From NCBI GenBank assembly GCA_015680685.1, contig MNCI01002682.1, positions 441,682 to 505,681 on the forward strand: a DNA stretch of 64,000 bases, read 5' to 3'. The notes beneath the pieces were generated by a model. It worked only from the letters and a program-made list of their open reading frames with translations, did not search any database and was not told the DNA's origin. A program made the translations under genes and the position numbers. Origin of the DNA: Gnetum montanum. Its lineage: Eukaryota; Plantae; Gnetophyta. Positions 14,039 to 26,879 of the stretch are shown piece after piece. How positions within the stretch are numbered: position 1 is the first letter of the stretch; every line of letters starts with the position of its first letter.

Positions 14039-16559
14039 TCAAGTTTCATTGTAACTCTTTGGTCATCTTTTACAGCCATCTCATTTTTCATGTATACTAA
14101 TTTTATGTATCTTCTCTTTATTCTTTAATTGTATCTTTTTAATTATCTCATTTTCTTAAATTTGCTCTAATATCATACTAGGCTTTCATTTTACACCTCT
14201 TGGATAACTCTAATTTACCGATATAAGATATAAATATAAATTAGTCCTTAACCATTCTTCAATTATAGTACATCATCACCTTGATGTCTTTATCCTATCT
14301 ATAATGGGCTAATTAAGGTAGACAAAGAAATTGATTATGACTTAACTATAATGGACTACCTAATGATAGTCATGAATGTATATTTTTACTGTATTCCTAA
14401 CATGCCCTTGAAATTGAGCATGTAACTTGCAAACCATAAGCTACATGCTCTAACCAAGTGAACCATACCTCACTAACACTTTAAATATAGTCCATCAATT
14501 TTGTAATTTCAGTTAATACCACATGAGCAATTCTCACAGGTTATAAGTTGTTTAAACATGTTTATGAACATATTTATTCACAAAAACTTTTGCTTGTTGC
14601 TTATGAATACACTTACAAGTATCTTGAAGATAAAAAATTTCATTTTTCTTTATTGTTGGTATTATTTGTGAAACTCGAAATATGATATTTTTACAAACTT
14701 TGACTCAACACACTGAGTTTTAGTCTTGTATCTATAATTCGTACGTCAAGCTCAAAATTATTTTTTATATGTTACCAACTTTTGCTAATTGGAACACTCG
14801 CATGGATCATGATGTATGCTGAATGTACATACTTATTGGTATTCGAATTTCTTTTAGACTAACACAACTACTAATAAGCATTCACGAAATATCATTGCTA
14901 ACTAAAAATAATTTCCTGAGTTATTCTTAAAGAAATTTCAGCATTTGGAACGTCTTCGAAGGGGGATGCATCTCATGGATTATGGGGAGTGAGGCACGGT
15001 CTATTAGAAACGTCTAAAAACTACACTCTTTCAAAGAAACAGACAAGAAGAGAGAGTAGCCTCCATGGAAATCTTACCAAGCACATAAAACAATTTATGA
15101 TCTATAACAGCAACAGAAATTTCTATAAACTCAATGTGTCAGGAATTTGTTTGCAAGAAATCAGAACAAAATAAAGGCAATTGGAGAATGGAATAATCAA
15201 ACAAATGGAAGCATTTCAACCAAATTCGTTACAGAAACCAAAAACGTCTAAGTTAACCTAAATCTGCACCATTTCTATTTAAAATATTCCTCTGGAAACA
15301 TAGATTTACTCTTTATCCTCTACATTAACCCCCCATGTCCTTACGGCATCCACAATTGCATTTTGAAACACACCCCTACGTCCCCATATCCCAGCATGTC
15401 TAGGATTTGTGAACATGGACATCTCTATTTCACCTTACCTTTGTCCCAAAAACATGGAGTCAGATATATGAATTCTTGCTGTAATGTTGGCAACTTCTGC
15501 AAAATCTGATAAGTACCTTGTGTGGTCTTTTGGGGTGTAATCACTCCGTGTATGGTAGCTGGCACCTGCATGCATACACAATGTTGTTGCAAATACTATA
15601 GTCTAGTGTTGTATATAACGACCATTTGTTGTAACCATGAGGGCTGGTCCGAGTTATTCTTGTAAATGTTGCTTAAAAGGAAAATTATCAGAAGGCTCCC
15701 ACAGCCCAAATCTTGTAAACTGGATTTTCTCTAGGGTCTTCAGTTCCTAGTATAAATACTTTGTGTTCTCTTCTATGTCGTCTTTTAAATCCGGTTGCTA
15801 TTGTTATTTGCCTTCTCTTGTTTTCTGTATATTATCTCAGGTGTATATTCTGCTTCAGGAATTAACAATGCTTTTTCACCATTCGCATCTATTAAGAATT
15901 AAATGTTTATCTATCTACGATGGACGTATCTGTCTATGTCTGTAGAAATGATGCTGCTATACTAACAAAATTTATGCATAGCTTCTTTGAGGTTGTCCAT
16001 TGACTAATGAATACAAAGGGAAAGCCCTAACCAAGCAATGGCAACAGCCGTGCCTGATCAATATCATTTTTTATTGAATAGTGTAAAAAATTATTAATAA
16101 TAAAAATTTGAAGCACAACCAGAAATTCAATACAATTTTCCAACTCCTTACGTCATGCTCTGTTCTAATGAGCCCACAAAATTAGGCATCAAAACTATAA
16201 TCCTGAGTTACCTAATACATGACAAGATCCAATGATCTTGACAGGCAAACATAATCCAATTTATCAACTATGGCTGTACAAAAACAAAATTTCAAGCTTC
16301 ATAAGGTTAGCTTGAAATCGTGGTGCCTCTCAACTCTTCCACCTTAGCAATCTGTTGGAATTTTTTATGATACTAATGTGTTTGAAAAGTCATTGATCTA
16401 GAGTGTCAGGAATTGGTCCACCAAGCCATTTTGGGACATGCCTTAAAAGGATACATCACAGTGACAAACTGCATGGTTAAGTTAACTTCCTGAGAAAAGT
16501 GTATGAAAAAAAAATGCAGGAATTACAAAACCAAGCCTTGAACAAGCCTCCATGCCATC

Positions 16560-16670
16560 TCATGCACTTGCAAGTTCTCTCATAGACTCTGGCCCAATTA
16601 AAAAGATTCGCCTTGTTGTTTGCCATCTAAACACAACAACGCCTTTGTAAGATGTTCTAGGGATTCCATC
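16560..16670 (-). CDS. GNTI/CGL1: GnTI last coding exon DGIPRTSYKGVVVFRWQTTRRIFLIGPESMRELASA*
   Basis: cag acceptor, TGA at 16562-16560. Confidence 0.95.
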   Translation of the reverse strand, partial: DGIPRTSYKGVVVFRWQTTRRIFLIGPESMRELASA

Positions 16671-16763
16671 CTGTCAGAATGTCCAACAAGAAGGTAAGAA
16701 CAAATAATCACCAAGAAAAGAGGACAAAAGCTAACATGCCATGTATTTCATAGTAAACAGTAC

Positions 16764-16934
16764 CTTCCATTCTTCAAAAATGCCAAACTGTCTTGCAATC
16801 TCCCCAAACTGATTTTGATCTTTATATTGAATCCTCACATCACCAGGTATATTGTATGATTTCTCAACAACATCGTCTCCATATACAGGTGTTGCATTTG
16901 TCACAAGTTGTGCAAAATATTTCTTATAGTTAGC
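16764..16934 (-). CDS. GNTI/CGL1: GnTI exon ANYKKYFAQLV...FGIFEEWK
   Basis: tgcag / gtac, 171 nt; also seen in ORF track 16731..16940. Confidence 0.96.
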
Positions 16935-17031
16935 CTGCATTCGGTAAAATTATCAACAAAAAACAAAATAAGTTGAAATTTGGCTACATATGTGTGTATG
17001 TACATATAATAAGTAGAATTTGATCAAAAAC

Positions 17032-17070
17032 CTCATTTAAGTAGCTTAAATCCTTCAATTTCCAATTCAC
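17032..17070 (-). CDS. GNTI/CGL1: GnTI exon VNWKLKDLSYLNE
   Basis: tgcag / gtt, 39 nt; matches VDWKAKDLGYLTE. Confidence 0.93.
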
Positions 17071-18148
17071 CTGCAAACGTGTACAGAAAAATCATTACAA
17101 CACAAGGAAACAACATCAATATCAATAAGCCACTTTTATTTAAGGTAGAAAACATGATAAAATAAAATCTTCTTCTTCTTCTTTTGGCTACAGCACATGA
17201 ACCTCTTATTATTCTAGGTCACAGGTGTGCCAATCCTTCTTGCAAAGTGAGAGAGGTCACAATTGAACTACTTATCAAGAAGTTCAATATATAAAGGCTG
17301 AATTAAAGCTCATTCAGAAACAGCAACAAAGAATAACGATAAAACCAGTGTTTTGGGACGTTCCATGTAGAAATTCAAAATTAGTGGAATTCGGCAAAGC
17401 ACAGAACAAACTTTATCAATGCCTTATTAGTCGCAGATGAAAAAGCAGTCCAGATTAACAAAGCTTGGCATGATGAAGAGCAAAGCATAGTGTTTATAAT
17501 GAAATATCCATATAAGCTTATAAGAAACTAATTCGTACTAGGAAGCGAAAATACCTTAAGGAGAAAGAAGCTGAGCAGACATACATGGCTAAAATGGATC
17601 CAAAAAGTTTTTACAATTACTGGAAAACAAAAATCCTCAGGATTACAAGATTCCATTTGCTGAAGCTTAGATACTTATTTGTCATAGATGATACATCAGA
17701 GCACTGATATAATTTCCAATCTGGTATAAAGTAACTTGACATGATGTTAAAGGATTGATATTAGGACAGCAGCAGATTCTAAGGATTACGTGCAAAGATT
17801 ATAGGAAAACACTCAGTTGTTTCCCAATGCAGTGTTCCAAGGGCATTTCAAGCAAAGGATGCCTTCAGTTATTTAGATAGAATTTTTAAAAACGAAAGAG
17901 TCATTTTGAACGGTTCTTGCCCAGCCAAAGTGTTGGTCACCTGTCTGTTCATTTTTTCCTTTATGTTCTTGAATCACGTTGGTGGACCCTCTATCCTCAG
18001 TCAAGCAACTGGTTTTTTACAAATGTTGTCAATCAAACAAGAATTGTTGTTTAACAGATTTATGAAAATTAGAAATGTTTACATGGAGATTGTACAGAGA
18101 AGACGGTAACATAGGTGCATTAGTGGGAGTGCAGCGAAAAGAGTGGCT

Positions 18149-18200
18149 ACAGGTGCTGCATGGCTGTTGTCAGTTCATGTTGTGAGATTTTTGGTTAGTC
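18149..18200 (+). pseudogene. Organellar (probably mitochondrial rrn18) SSU rRNA fragment, NUMT-like
   Basis: ACAGGTGCTGCATGGCTGTTGTCAGTTCATGTTGTGAGATTTTTGG resembles the conserved SSU segment CAGGTGCTGCATGGCTGTCGTCAGCTCGTGTCGTGAGATG, with CpG-type transitions. Confidence 0.75.
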
Positions 18201-18217
18201 ATTAATAGAAACAATAA

Positions 18218-18280
18218 GGTGTTAGCTTAGTTATAAGAGTCTTAGCATGGAAACCTCAAGTCAAAGGTTCAATTCCAGTA
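18218..18280 (+). mobile_element. tRNA-derived SINE head or tRNA pseudogene
   Basis: A-box-like TAGCTTAGTT and B-box GGTTCAATTCC (18266-18276) at tRNA spacing; no intact cloverleaf evident. Confidence 0.45.
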
Positions 18281-19426
18281 GAAATCACTGTGTTATGGTT
18301 TTTTTAAAAAAATTCTGTAAAAGGAATTCTGAAACTGGTATGGTCCCATAGATCCAACAAGGTCTTGATGGATGCAAGTAAAAACTCAATTTTCAATTTC
18401 AGAAACTTAGCAGTTGACAAAAGCAATGAAAGGTAGTCGGACAACTATCCTTTGTCATGGCAGCAAGAAATCCCAAGTTTCCAGGCTTCTTCTAATTCAT
18501 GATGCAGCTAACTGATATCACTATTCCTGAGATGATGTGTCCAGCAATTTCTACTTCCTATTAAATAATTCTTTTGTCAGTTTTCATCTTCATTTGCAGA
18601 GAGTTCTCATTCTAATTCCAAATTTATTGGTTCAAAACCTGTACTACAAGAACTATCATATCTTAGTTTCTGCAATATCAGCCTCGCTCAATCCTAAACT
18701 GATATGATGAAAATAGCAATTAATAATGAAGAATATGTTGTCGTTCCAATTCTTTCACCTGTAGCTCATCTCCTACAATGTCTGTTCAACAGCTGAAACA
18801 ATTGTTTTCTTAATCTTCTAAAATAGGGAGAACCACCTGTTTCACGGTCAATATATATCACTGGCATCTCAAGATAAGAAATACTTGAAACTGCATGGAC
18901 AACTTCTGGTATCATTGCAATATTATTCCATTAGATGAAAAACTGAGATGAACTTTAATAAACTTTCTAGCTTATATGCTATTGGAATTTTCTTACACAT
19001 TTCTCCTCCATTCTGTTTTCTGAAAATTTTACTTGATGGTTGAAACAATGTGATGCATAGAAATGATGTCCTTTTGTCTATTAAGGACACAACTACTTCT
19101 CATTCAATACTACGAAAATACAAATTCTTATCCACAATGCAGAGATAAAGCCATATCAACTTGTCTCTCTGCAGCTATGCACGTGTGCGTGAACCACTTG
19201 TCCAGAATCAACATTAACCTAAATAAAAAGTAGGCCAAGCAAATAAGCGCTGAACGATCCAGCATAAACTGGATGCAATTTTGCAGTCAGCTTTAATTTC
19301 ATATTGTAATTATTACACAGAAAAATTTCCTACATTTAGAAAGAAAGACAAAACAAATTATGATTTCCAATGTTTCTAAACAATGGTTATAGAAATGTGC
19401 ATTAATTTAAGAAGGAAGATGCATAC

Positions 19427-19489
19427 CGGGGCATCATTCAGTTTAATTGATTCCAAGTATTGTCGAAAGAATTGTCCCAAACTTGAACC
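19427..19489 (-). CDS. GNTI/CGL1: GnTI exon GSSLGQFFRQYLESIKLNDAP
   Basis: cag / gtatg, 63 nt. Confidence 0.96.
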
Positions 19490-19676
19490 CTGCCATGTAG
19501 ATACAAAGCATTAAAAACACACATTCAATCAAACAATGGGACATAGAAATCATGCACCTAACACTAAGCATATGTTCTGGACTTCTCAATTAAAACTGAA
19601 AGCATCAAACATTAAACAAATAAATAAAATATAAGTTGAAATTTCTATTAGTTTAAAGTAACACTAAATTAACATC

Positions 19677-19945
19677 ATGGGGATAAACTGCAATGTCTCC
19701 TGGGCTGGGCTGAGGAGATGTATTAGGACTACTTCCATGAAGTTCCACCCTGATAAGGCCATCACCAAATCTGCCAAAAAGCAGCATGAAGAGCAGTATA
19801 AGGAATTTCAGGAGGCTACAACATTTGTTACTTCAGAACACTATAGGACCGCAGTGCCCACCCAGGAACAGGCACAGTGCCCCTGTACCAAGCTGCCAAG
19901 ATGCATCAGATGACATCATTCACAAGGACCAAGAGGGGTTGCCTA
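19677..19945 (+). mobile_element. 5'-truncated L1 fragment carrying only the C-terminal J-domain (intact HPD)
   Basis: ORF 19677..19913 SWAGLRRCIRTTSMKFHPDK...EEQYKEFQEATTFVTSEHYR...CPCTKLP* aligns with LINE ends at 48345-48602 and 60483-60725. Confidence 0.8.
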
Positions 19946-21073
19946 ATGCAAGGTAGTGCCATTCTCAATGGAAAATGTCCAACCAAAATGGCACACCTCT
20001 TTTTGGAGATAGAAAAAAGATTTGAAGAAAAACAATCAACCAAACCTATAGTGCCATTCCCTTGCTTGATAAAGAAGCTGGGCAGACAAGCAGGAATTAT
20101 TGGATATACCAATGACACAGTCAAAAAAGCCCAAAATGCCTCATACACAGAAGTAGCAAAACATGTGCCTACCAAGAAAGATCAAGTAGAAGCTCCACCA
20201 AGCAACAGGAACTCGTCAAGCAAGTCCATGTGCCTTTTTCCTTATAAGAGAACCAAGACATTACAGACCAACCATGAGTCATTTACAAGAACTAGTAGAA
20301 ACTGTGAGCTAGAGAATCAGAGATGTGACAAGAATATTTCAAGTTACACAAGATCAACTAGAAGTGTCATCAGATCCACCAAATGGCCAAATCTCTATGC
20401 ATACTACAAGAGATGATTGGACTGCCTAGATTCTAGAAATGTTGTGTTTCAACACTTGAAACATGAGAGGGAGCCACAATCTTAGTCATGCAACATGAAG
20501 GAGAGCAAGGAGTTGCATAACTCATCTCCGATCATCTCAAAGATGCTCTCAATGTTCCAATAGTGCAACCAACAGATTTCACCAGATTACAAGATGAGCA
20601 AGTAACTGTTAGAGCCAAAGAAAAAGGAAAAGTAAGGAGAATTGATCAACACAAAGATGCCTTTGAAAGACTAGTGCAAACAGGACAGACTGTCTAAGAT
20701 GTCTTTGACAATCCTAAGAATATTACAACTACTCAATCAGACTTAACCACTACAAAGGGAAGTTGGTCATCACTGAGTCATGATTACAACATGCTAAGTA
20801 GGAGATGCAAAGAATGCAAGATGAATTAGCCTAACTCAGAATCCAACTTCAGAACCCTGCAAGGCACATTCCCCCAGAGAGTTAGAACAATTCAAAACAA
20901 TACAAGTTAATCACCTTATGGCTAAGCAACATCATTGGAAATGAAGAGAGAATAGGCAACATAGAATGTGTCATCAGCAGATGCCAAAACATATGAACAT
21001 CAAAAAAGCCATTACTGCATTAGAAGAAGAAAATAAAAGCATTGGTATTGAAAATAGAAAATTGCCTACAGTG

Positions 21074-21173
21074 GACTTAGAGAAGGAGCAACTAGATGAA
21101 AACCTCAATCATCTCAGAAGCAAGACTTAGAGAAGGAGCAACTAGATGAAAACCTCAATCATCTTAGAAGCAA
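21074..21173 (+). repeat. 50-bp tandem duplication (1 mismatch)
   Basis: GACTTAGAGAAGGAGCAACTAGATGAAAACCTCAATCATCT(C/T)AGAAGCAA x2. Confidence 0.95.
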
Positions 21174-21204
21174 TTTGCAAGAGTTAGCCTCTGCAACAGA
21201 CACA

Positions 21205-21540
21205 ATGACTTCCAAGGCCTCTACTGCGGCAAAGAGCAAGGGATCGGTTTTGCGGCTGGCCAAGACTGCGGGGTGTAGTGGCTTGGGACCGAACGCATCC
21301 CTGTAAGGTTACACAGCCTAGCTTTCTTTTGTTCTAATTGTTGTGTCTTGGCTATGTTGGGGTCTTGGGTTGGCTATCCCTGAACTATTGGTTTTTGGGG
21401 CCCGGGTTACTAGCAAGGAATGCATTGCGGGAGGCCTCTGAGCCACGTGTTTGGGATGGTTTTGGGGCCTAGGGTTGACAACCCACTTTGTACATCTGTA
21501 TAGTCTTTTTTTTTTCTTTTTTTCTTTTTGGAATAATATC
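21205..21540 (+). mobile_element. Short GC-rich insertion, probable L1 3' UTR fragment
   Basis: Abrupt GC rise; GGGTTGACAACC shared with the LINE 3' UTR at ~48812; T-rich tract at the end. Confidence 0.5.
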
Positions 21541-24177
21541 ACTTGAACATTTTTCCAAAAAACAAATTGCAAAAGTCAGCCTGGATGTCAAAAAATTGGT
21601 CAAAGAAAATAGGAACCTATCAATTGAAGAGGTCCATGCAATTAGACAGAAATCAGCAATTGAAATCAACGCATGGCAAAATGAGGTCAAAAAGCACAAA
21701 ACGCTGAAGAAGCATTTTAGAGGCCAAGTTGCTATGCAAATGCAAATCAACGAGAAAGAAATTAAATGGGCCAAGGCCAAAATAAATGTCGCTCTTCAAC
21801 AAGCACCCAAATGGTAGACCATCCTTGATAGCATCATTGCTATAAACCATGTAGAGATAAAAATAAAAGAATCATAAATTGAGGACATAACTCAATATCT
21901 TGAGTTGGGCAATCTCATATATGCAAATTTGGCAATGTTGACAGCAGGCAAACTAAGGAATGAGCTGGAAATGCAATTAACAACCATGCATTTGTTATAT
22001 AAAAATGAGTACAAATATCGTAATGAGAAGCAACAAAAACTACACATTGCCAATGCAAAATTAGAGGTCTAGAGAACCATATACACTGACCAAAGGGACA
22101 TAGCTAACGATTTGGCAAAACGTGTAATGAATTACCAAGATCTGCAAGCACAAGTGAAAGCATTTGACATTGAAAGAAATAAATTTCCAGCTTAGTATGT
22201 TGACACCAATAGATTGTTCACATAGTTGCCATGTCCTTGGGAAGTGCCAACAACAATCACTCGTGCCAATTTGGCATAGATAGTAAATGATCCTAGGACC
22301 AATGAAGAGAAGCTGAGAACCCTATTAAGGTACTTTCACATAAAGAGGTAGGAAGCATTAGGAAAGCAACCATGATAGCAATCAATGCAAGAAGAATCAC
22401 CACATCCAAGAACAACATGGAGACCTACATCAACTATTTTTGAAGATCCTACATAATTTTTTGTAATTCTTGATAAATTTCTAGTCATTTTATCATTTTG
22501 TAATCCACTCAGATAAACAATGTAATGTGACACTCTAGGAAAGTCAATCAATTAGTTGTCTATTTATTTGTTAAGTCAGTTAGTGAAGTTGCCTCTGCAA
22601 TTTTGTAATCAACTTTGTCCCACTTTTGTTTAAACTCAAGGATAAGTGTTTAGTTAGTCATAGGGGTATGATGAATAGTAATTAAGGCGAGTGCAACATT
22701 GCATCTACGATATCATAGCTGTGATATCGTATGCTTTCATACGATATCATAGATGCAATGTATTTGGGGTAAATAATGCCTATAAATATCACCCAATCAC
22801 CATGCTTAATGCACCTTTTTGGTCCAATCTTAGTTGAACTCTAGTAATTTATTTTTGTGAACTTAGAGTTAGCGTTCATAGTGTGATCCAAAATGATTGT
22901 ACGAAGTCTTTGTTTGAGTAAGATGTACCTAGATACATTTCATAGCTGGAAATAAAGACTGAAATCATTCTTCATCATTGCAACATTTCACTTGGCATAG
23001 ATTTTACTTTTTCATTATCATTTACATTTCCTTTGCACGTACGTAAATCAGTGGAATATTGTACGACCAATCTCAAGCATTAAGTATAATTGTCTGGTAA
23101 TCTGGTAGTGATATCACTTTGTGCACCTAATAGTAGTATTTCTTGGTAATCCCAATGACAATTATACAAGCCCAAGATGTGTACGAAAGGTTGGGAACAG
23201 ATACGTATTACCAATAGGCTAGTTGGCATTTACTTTCACTATTCGTTAGAATAATCACTTAATATTCAATTTACAATATTTACTTTACTTTTCACTTTGC
23301 TGAATAATATCATATCATATGTCTCACTATGAGTTAAACCATACACTTTGACCTCAACTAACTCCAATGAAAAGACAATGGTCAATGATCTACACATTAA
23401 CTCTCATGGATTTGCTCACCACTCATCATTATGCTTGTCAGGTTTTTCTACTACAATCTTACTGTAGAAAAGCCTACTACCATTTATGTCCTTGATCAAA
23501 GAACCTATACCTCTGCTTTGATTTCTAAGATTTTGGGAACTCTGAATTGTGGCAAATTCATTCATATCAAGAACCCAAGTAATCTTGACGAGTATGAAGG
23601 TAAAAGCCATAATCACTAGAACCATTTGTAAAAATTAAGGCTTCAAATCTCAAACCACATCTTAGATTACTCCATAAAGTGCCAAATATCAATCTTGTAC
23701 CTAGGAGTGTCCACTATGATGAGGTTTACTCTTTGGTGATGTATGTTTTGTTTTGTTTGGAAATAAGAAAGAGGATAAATGATCCTAATTTGATGGTTAG
23801 ATGTACAATTAAACATGTAGACAGCCACAACAAGTAGTTCTTGCCTTTTGGTATCCAACTGTAAAATTATTCTCATGTACTTAGAGGTGGATGATGACAA
23901 GGATAAGGCAATAGCACCAAACCCCCTCAAGATAGCTCACTATATGAAACTTAACGATAGCACAAAAAGATCAAAATCATCAACATCAAATAAAGAAGGT
24001 GAGCCATCCGATCCTAGAAAAAATTCTCAGGTGTTCTTCAACAATTTGGCTCAAAACTTGATTTCTCTTAAGACATCAATAGTTCGTGAGCATAAACTTG
24101 TAGAATATGAAATTTCTGTCAAGTTATTGCTCAATGCAAAATTTTATCATTGTTTTTTTTATGTTTCTTAGTTCACA

Positions 24178-24930
24178 TGATTAGAAGTTATAGTTGTTGT
24201 CCAAGGTAAACTTAGGAAAAGTAAAGTTTAGATTGCAAATCTCGAAAATAGGGGGATAAAATACACATGAAGAGGCCAAGCCTCTCACCCCAACTATAAA
24301 TAGAGGTCATGGGAATTCATGTAACACAACTTGCAGTAATAAAGAGTAAGTGATCACGAGTGTTGTCATTTTGTTTTTCCACCTGTCTTGTTCCATTTGT
24401 TATATCAAGCCATTCACTAATGATCAATGAAGCTTTCAAGATTCCTCCATTCTAGTGCTCTCTAAAACCTTTCACAAATTCTTTCACAATCATCTTACAA
24501 TCGCAATCCTCAATCTCTCACACTTCTCTCAATCTCACAACTCTCACAATTCTCACATTATGCTCACAAATCTCTCAAGAACAAAAAAAAAAGGTCAATC
24601 TCTCAAAAATAAGGAAAAGAGTACATCAATGAGATGCTGCATTTTGAATGCTTCTCATTCATATCTCTATTATTGAGAAATATTTGATCAGATCTATATA
24701 ATTTGGAAGTTATATCACAAATATCATTCGTATTTCAGTATTGAAGATAAAGTTTCACCATGTTTTCCATTGCTTTTGTTGCAAAGAGCAATTGTATCAT
24801 TCATTTTCCTTCATATCCTTGTCCCTCAATCTTTGATCTATAGACTTATGTAAAATTCTAAGTAAAATAGATTGAATTTCATCTAGATCAGACTTTCAAA
24901 AAAATTTGTAATTTCACCTATCATTCAACA
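24178..24930 (+). repeat. Probable solo or partial Copia-type LTR
   Basis: TG...TTCAACA termini, CTATAAATAG TATA at ~24294, CTCTC-rich R-like region; boundaries uncertain. Confidence 0.3.
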
Positions 24931-25334
24931 TCAATTAGAGGGGTTTGAGAGGAGCATGAAGTAAACGAAGAATCAGATGACAAAGCAGAAAAAGAAGAGG
25001 AGGAAGCAACGGTTAAGAAAGAGAAAGATGAAAAGGAAGAAGAAGACAGTGGCCATGAGGAAGAGGCACACTATAGAGAAAGAAGATTTTATGGTCATAT
25101 ACAATGGCCTTTTTAACTGATGTTCTTTATTGTTATATATAGACCATTGCTCTCATTATAGTTCTTAGTTAACTAATTCTTAGCTTTTATTATATGATTT
25201 ATAATTGCCAATTTTTTATTATTGTGCCCATTTTCCCACTCATGATTATAGCAAACAGGTTAATTTTTGTGACTCTCTTCAAATTAATATACTTGAAAGC
25301 ATCAATTTGTGTTCCATTTTATCCTTTTGCAAAT

Positions 25335-25636
25335 GACAAAAAGGTTAGACTTAGAGTGGCTTCTATTTCAGATAAGTTACAGGAATGGCATCTTCAATGG
25401 TTTGAGCATGTGCAGAGAAGATCAAATAATGAGCCTATTAACAATAGTTACTACATCACTGTTTTAGGAAAGCCATCAAAGAGAAGACCAAAAAAGGTAT
25501 GAGAAAAAAATTATTGAAATTTATCCAAATAAATTGCAAATACACAAAGATCTAGCTCTTGCATAGAGGTGAATGGCAAAAAACAAATCATATAGCTGAC
25601 CTCATCTTGTTGGGACAAGGCTAAGATGATAATGAA
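25335..25636 (+). mobile_element. RTE-clade LINE 3' fragment
   Basis: VASISDKLQEWHLQWFEHVQRR...RRPKK is a typical RTE ORF C-terminus; ends TTGGGACAAGGCTAAGATGATAATGA. Confidence 0.75.
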
Positions 25637-25989
25637 AAAAGGTGAATGTACAAACTTGCATTAGTTGATAGAGAAATATAAGCTTTAGGTTAGCCTAAGA
25701 ATTCACAAGGGTTACTTTTCTCTTTTGAACATGATTTTGCCATATTTAAAAAAGAGACTTTTGGCAAATTGGTTTAAGCTCTTTGTTTTGAAAATGGCCT
25801 CAACTCTACTCTCTTACCTCTATTTGCACTTTGTGCTGTCTATAAAAATGCTCTTATGATTTAGATTAACATCCTGGTTGCCTGATCTTAAATGTTTGAT
25901 TCTTTGGAGTTTGGCAAACAAGGCGCCCCCATAGGATGGGGCAACACTAGTATAACAGCTGTCTTCCTAGACCAACTAGATAGATTATT

Positions 25990-26672
25990 GTAAACAAGTT
26001 ACAACCTTTCAACAATGCACCTCCATGAGATAGGTCGACTCCACATGATGGGAACCCCCAATTGCAAAATCAACTCATTGCAGTCAGTTGCCTCATTGAA
26101 GAGATAAACCCCACAGCAGAGTACAACGGTCCACAACTGATCCAAAGCTATAAATTCAGCAACATTCAAGAGGAAGTAAGCATGAAAAATGCAACACATA
26201 TTATCAAGAAAAATTTATTTCTGAATTCCCATATTTATTTTCCATTGATGGGCTAGACCTCGTTATTCCATTTTTAAATTATCAATCTTGCATGAGTTGA
26301 TCTTCATCTTGATGCTATCCATATTTTCTGAGCTATTTGAAGCATCCATAAAGTCATGTTGCATCTTGTGGAAGACTAGTAGCCGTGACAATCAGCATTG
26401 AGACAGGCTGGCTCTCCATAAACTAGCATTGTACCATCAAGTTGAAGGATTGAAGACAGAGGTACTGGAGGAGGAAAATTTGGCACCTCAGCAAAAATGA
26501 ACTAGGCCCAAGCTGAACCATTATAAATTCTTGGTATTCTTGTTCTTGCTTTTAATGATCTTTCCTTTCATGTTTTTCTTTGTATACACTACTACACCTT
26601 GAATTTTAAACAACTCTTGCAAGCCACAAACACCTATTCACCCACCCACTAGGGTAATTTCAATCCACAAAC
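25990..26672 (+). repeat. Probable SIRE-like LTR remnant
   Basis: TATAAA ~26522 and terminal CCTATTCACCCACCCACTAGG...TTTCA resembling SIRE LTR 3' ends; 5' boundary guessed. Confidence 0.3.
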
Positions 26673-26879
26673 ATTATATCAAAACATGTGTTATTTGCAA
26701 ACATCATCCTAACGCTTGAAAAGGGGTTACTAGATGATCCCCAATTGGTTCTGCAGCATAAGTCTGTCCTAAACATGCGTAAGTTCTTGATGATCATGAG
26801 TTACAATTTCAATCGTGTATATCCTACATATTTGGAGGATAATCTATAGAAATATGAAAAATAAAAACTAAAAACTAAG

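Larger units (their letters stand above)
19945..23428 (+). mobile_element. Gypsy (Athila-like) element B 3' part: extra ORF (plant-transposon domain plus coiled coil), PPT, LTR 22669-23428
   Basis: PFPCLIKKLGRQAGI motif; coiled-coil fragments homologous to 53500-56000(-) and 57500-58250(+) (ANLAMLT, CPW.VP); TAGTCATAGGGGTA|TGATGAA...CTCATCA. Confidence 0.8.

Noticed and set aside
14940-15440. MITE downstream of GnTI
   Set aside because: Some repeat-like motifs are present, but no matching TIR pair or TSD could be established.
15517-15565. Additional GnTI 3' exon (AG...GT bounded, 49 nt)
   Set aside because: It lies downstream of the stop with no homology support; splice-like dinucleotides alone are insufficient.
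18149-18200. Functional rRNA gene or bacterial contamination
   Set aside because: Only ~50 bp, mutated at CpGs, and embedded in a plant intron.
19677-19913. Host DnaJ gene nested in the GnTI intron
   Set aside because: It lacks helix I and any gene structure, and its closest relatives in the window are L1 termini at 48345-48602 and 60483-60725.
19877-20416. 179-aa novel gene
   Set aside because: Accidental read-through from L1 sequence into the Gypsy extra ORF; homology drifts out of frame in the second half.
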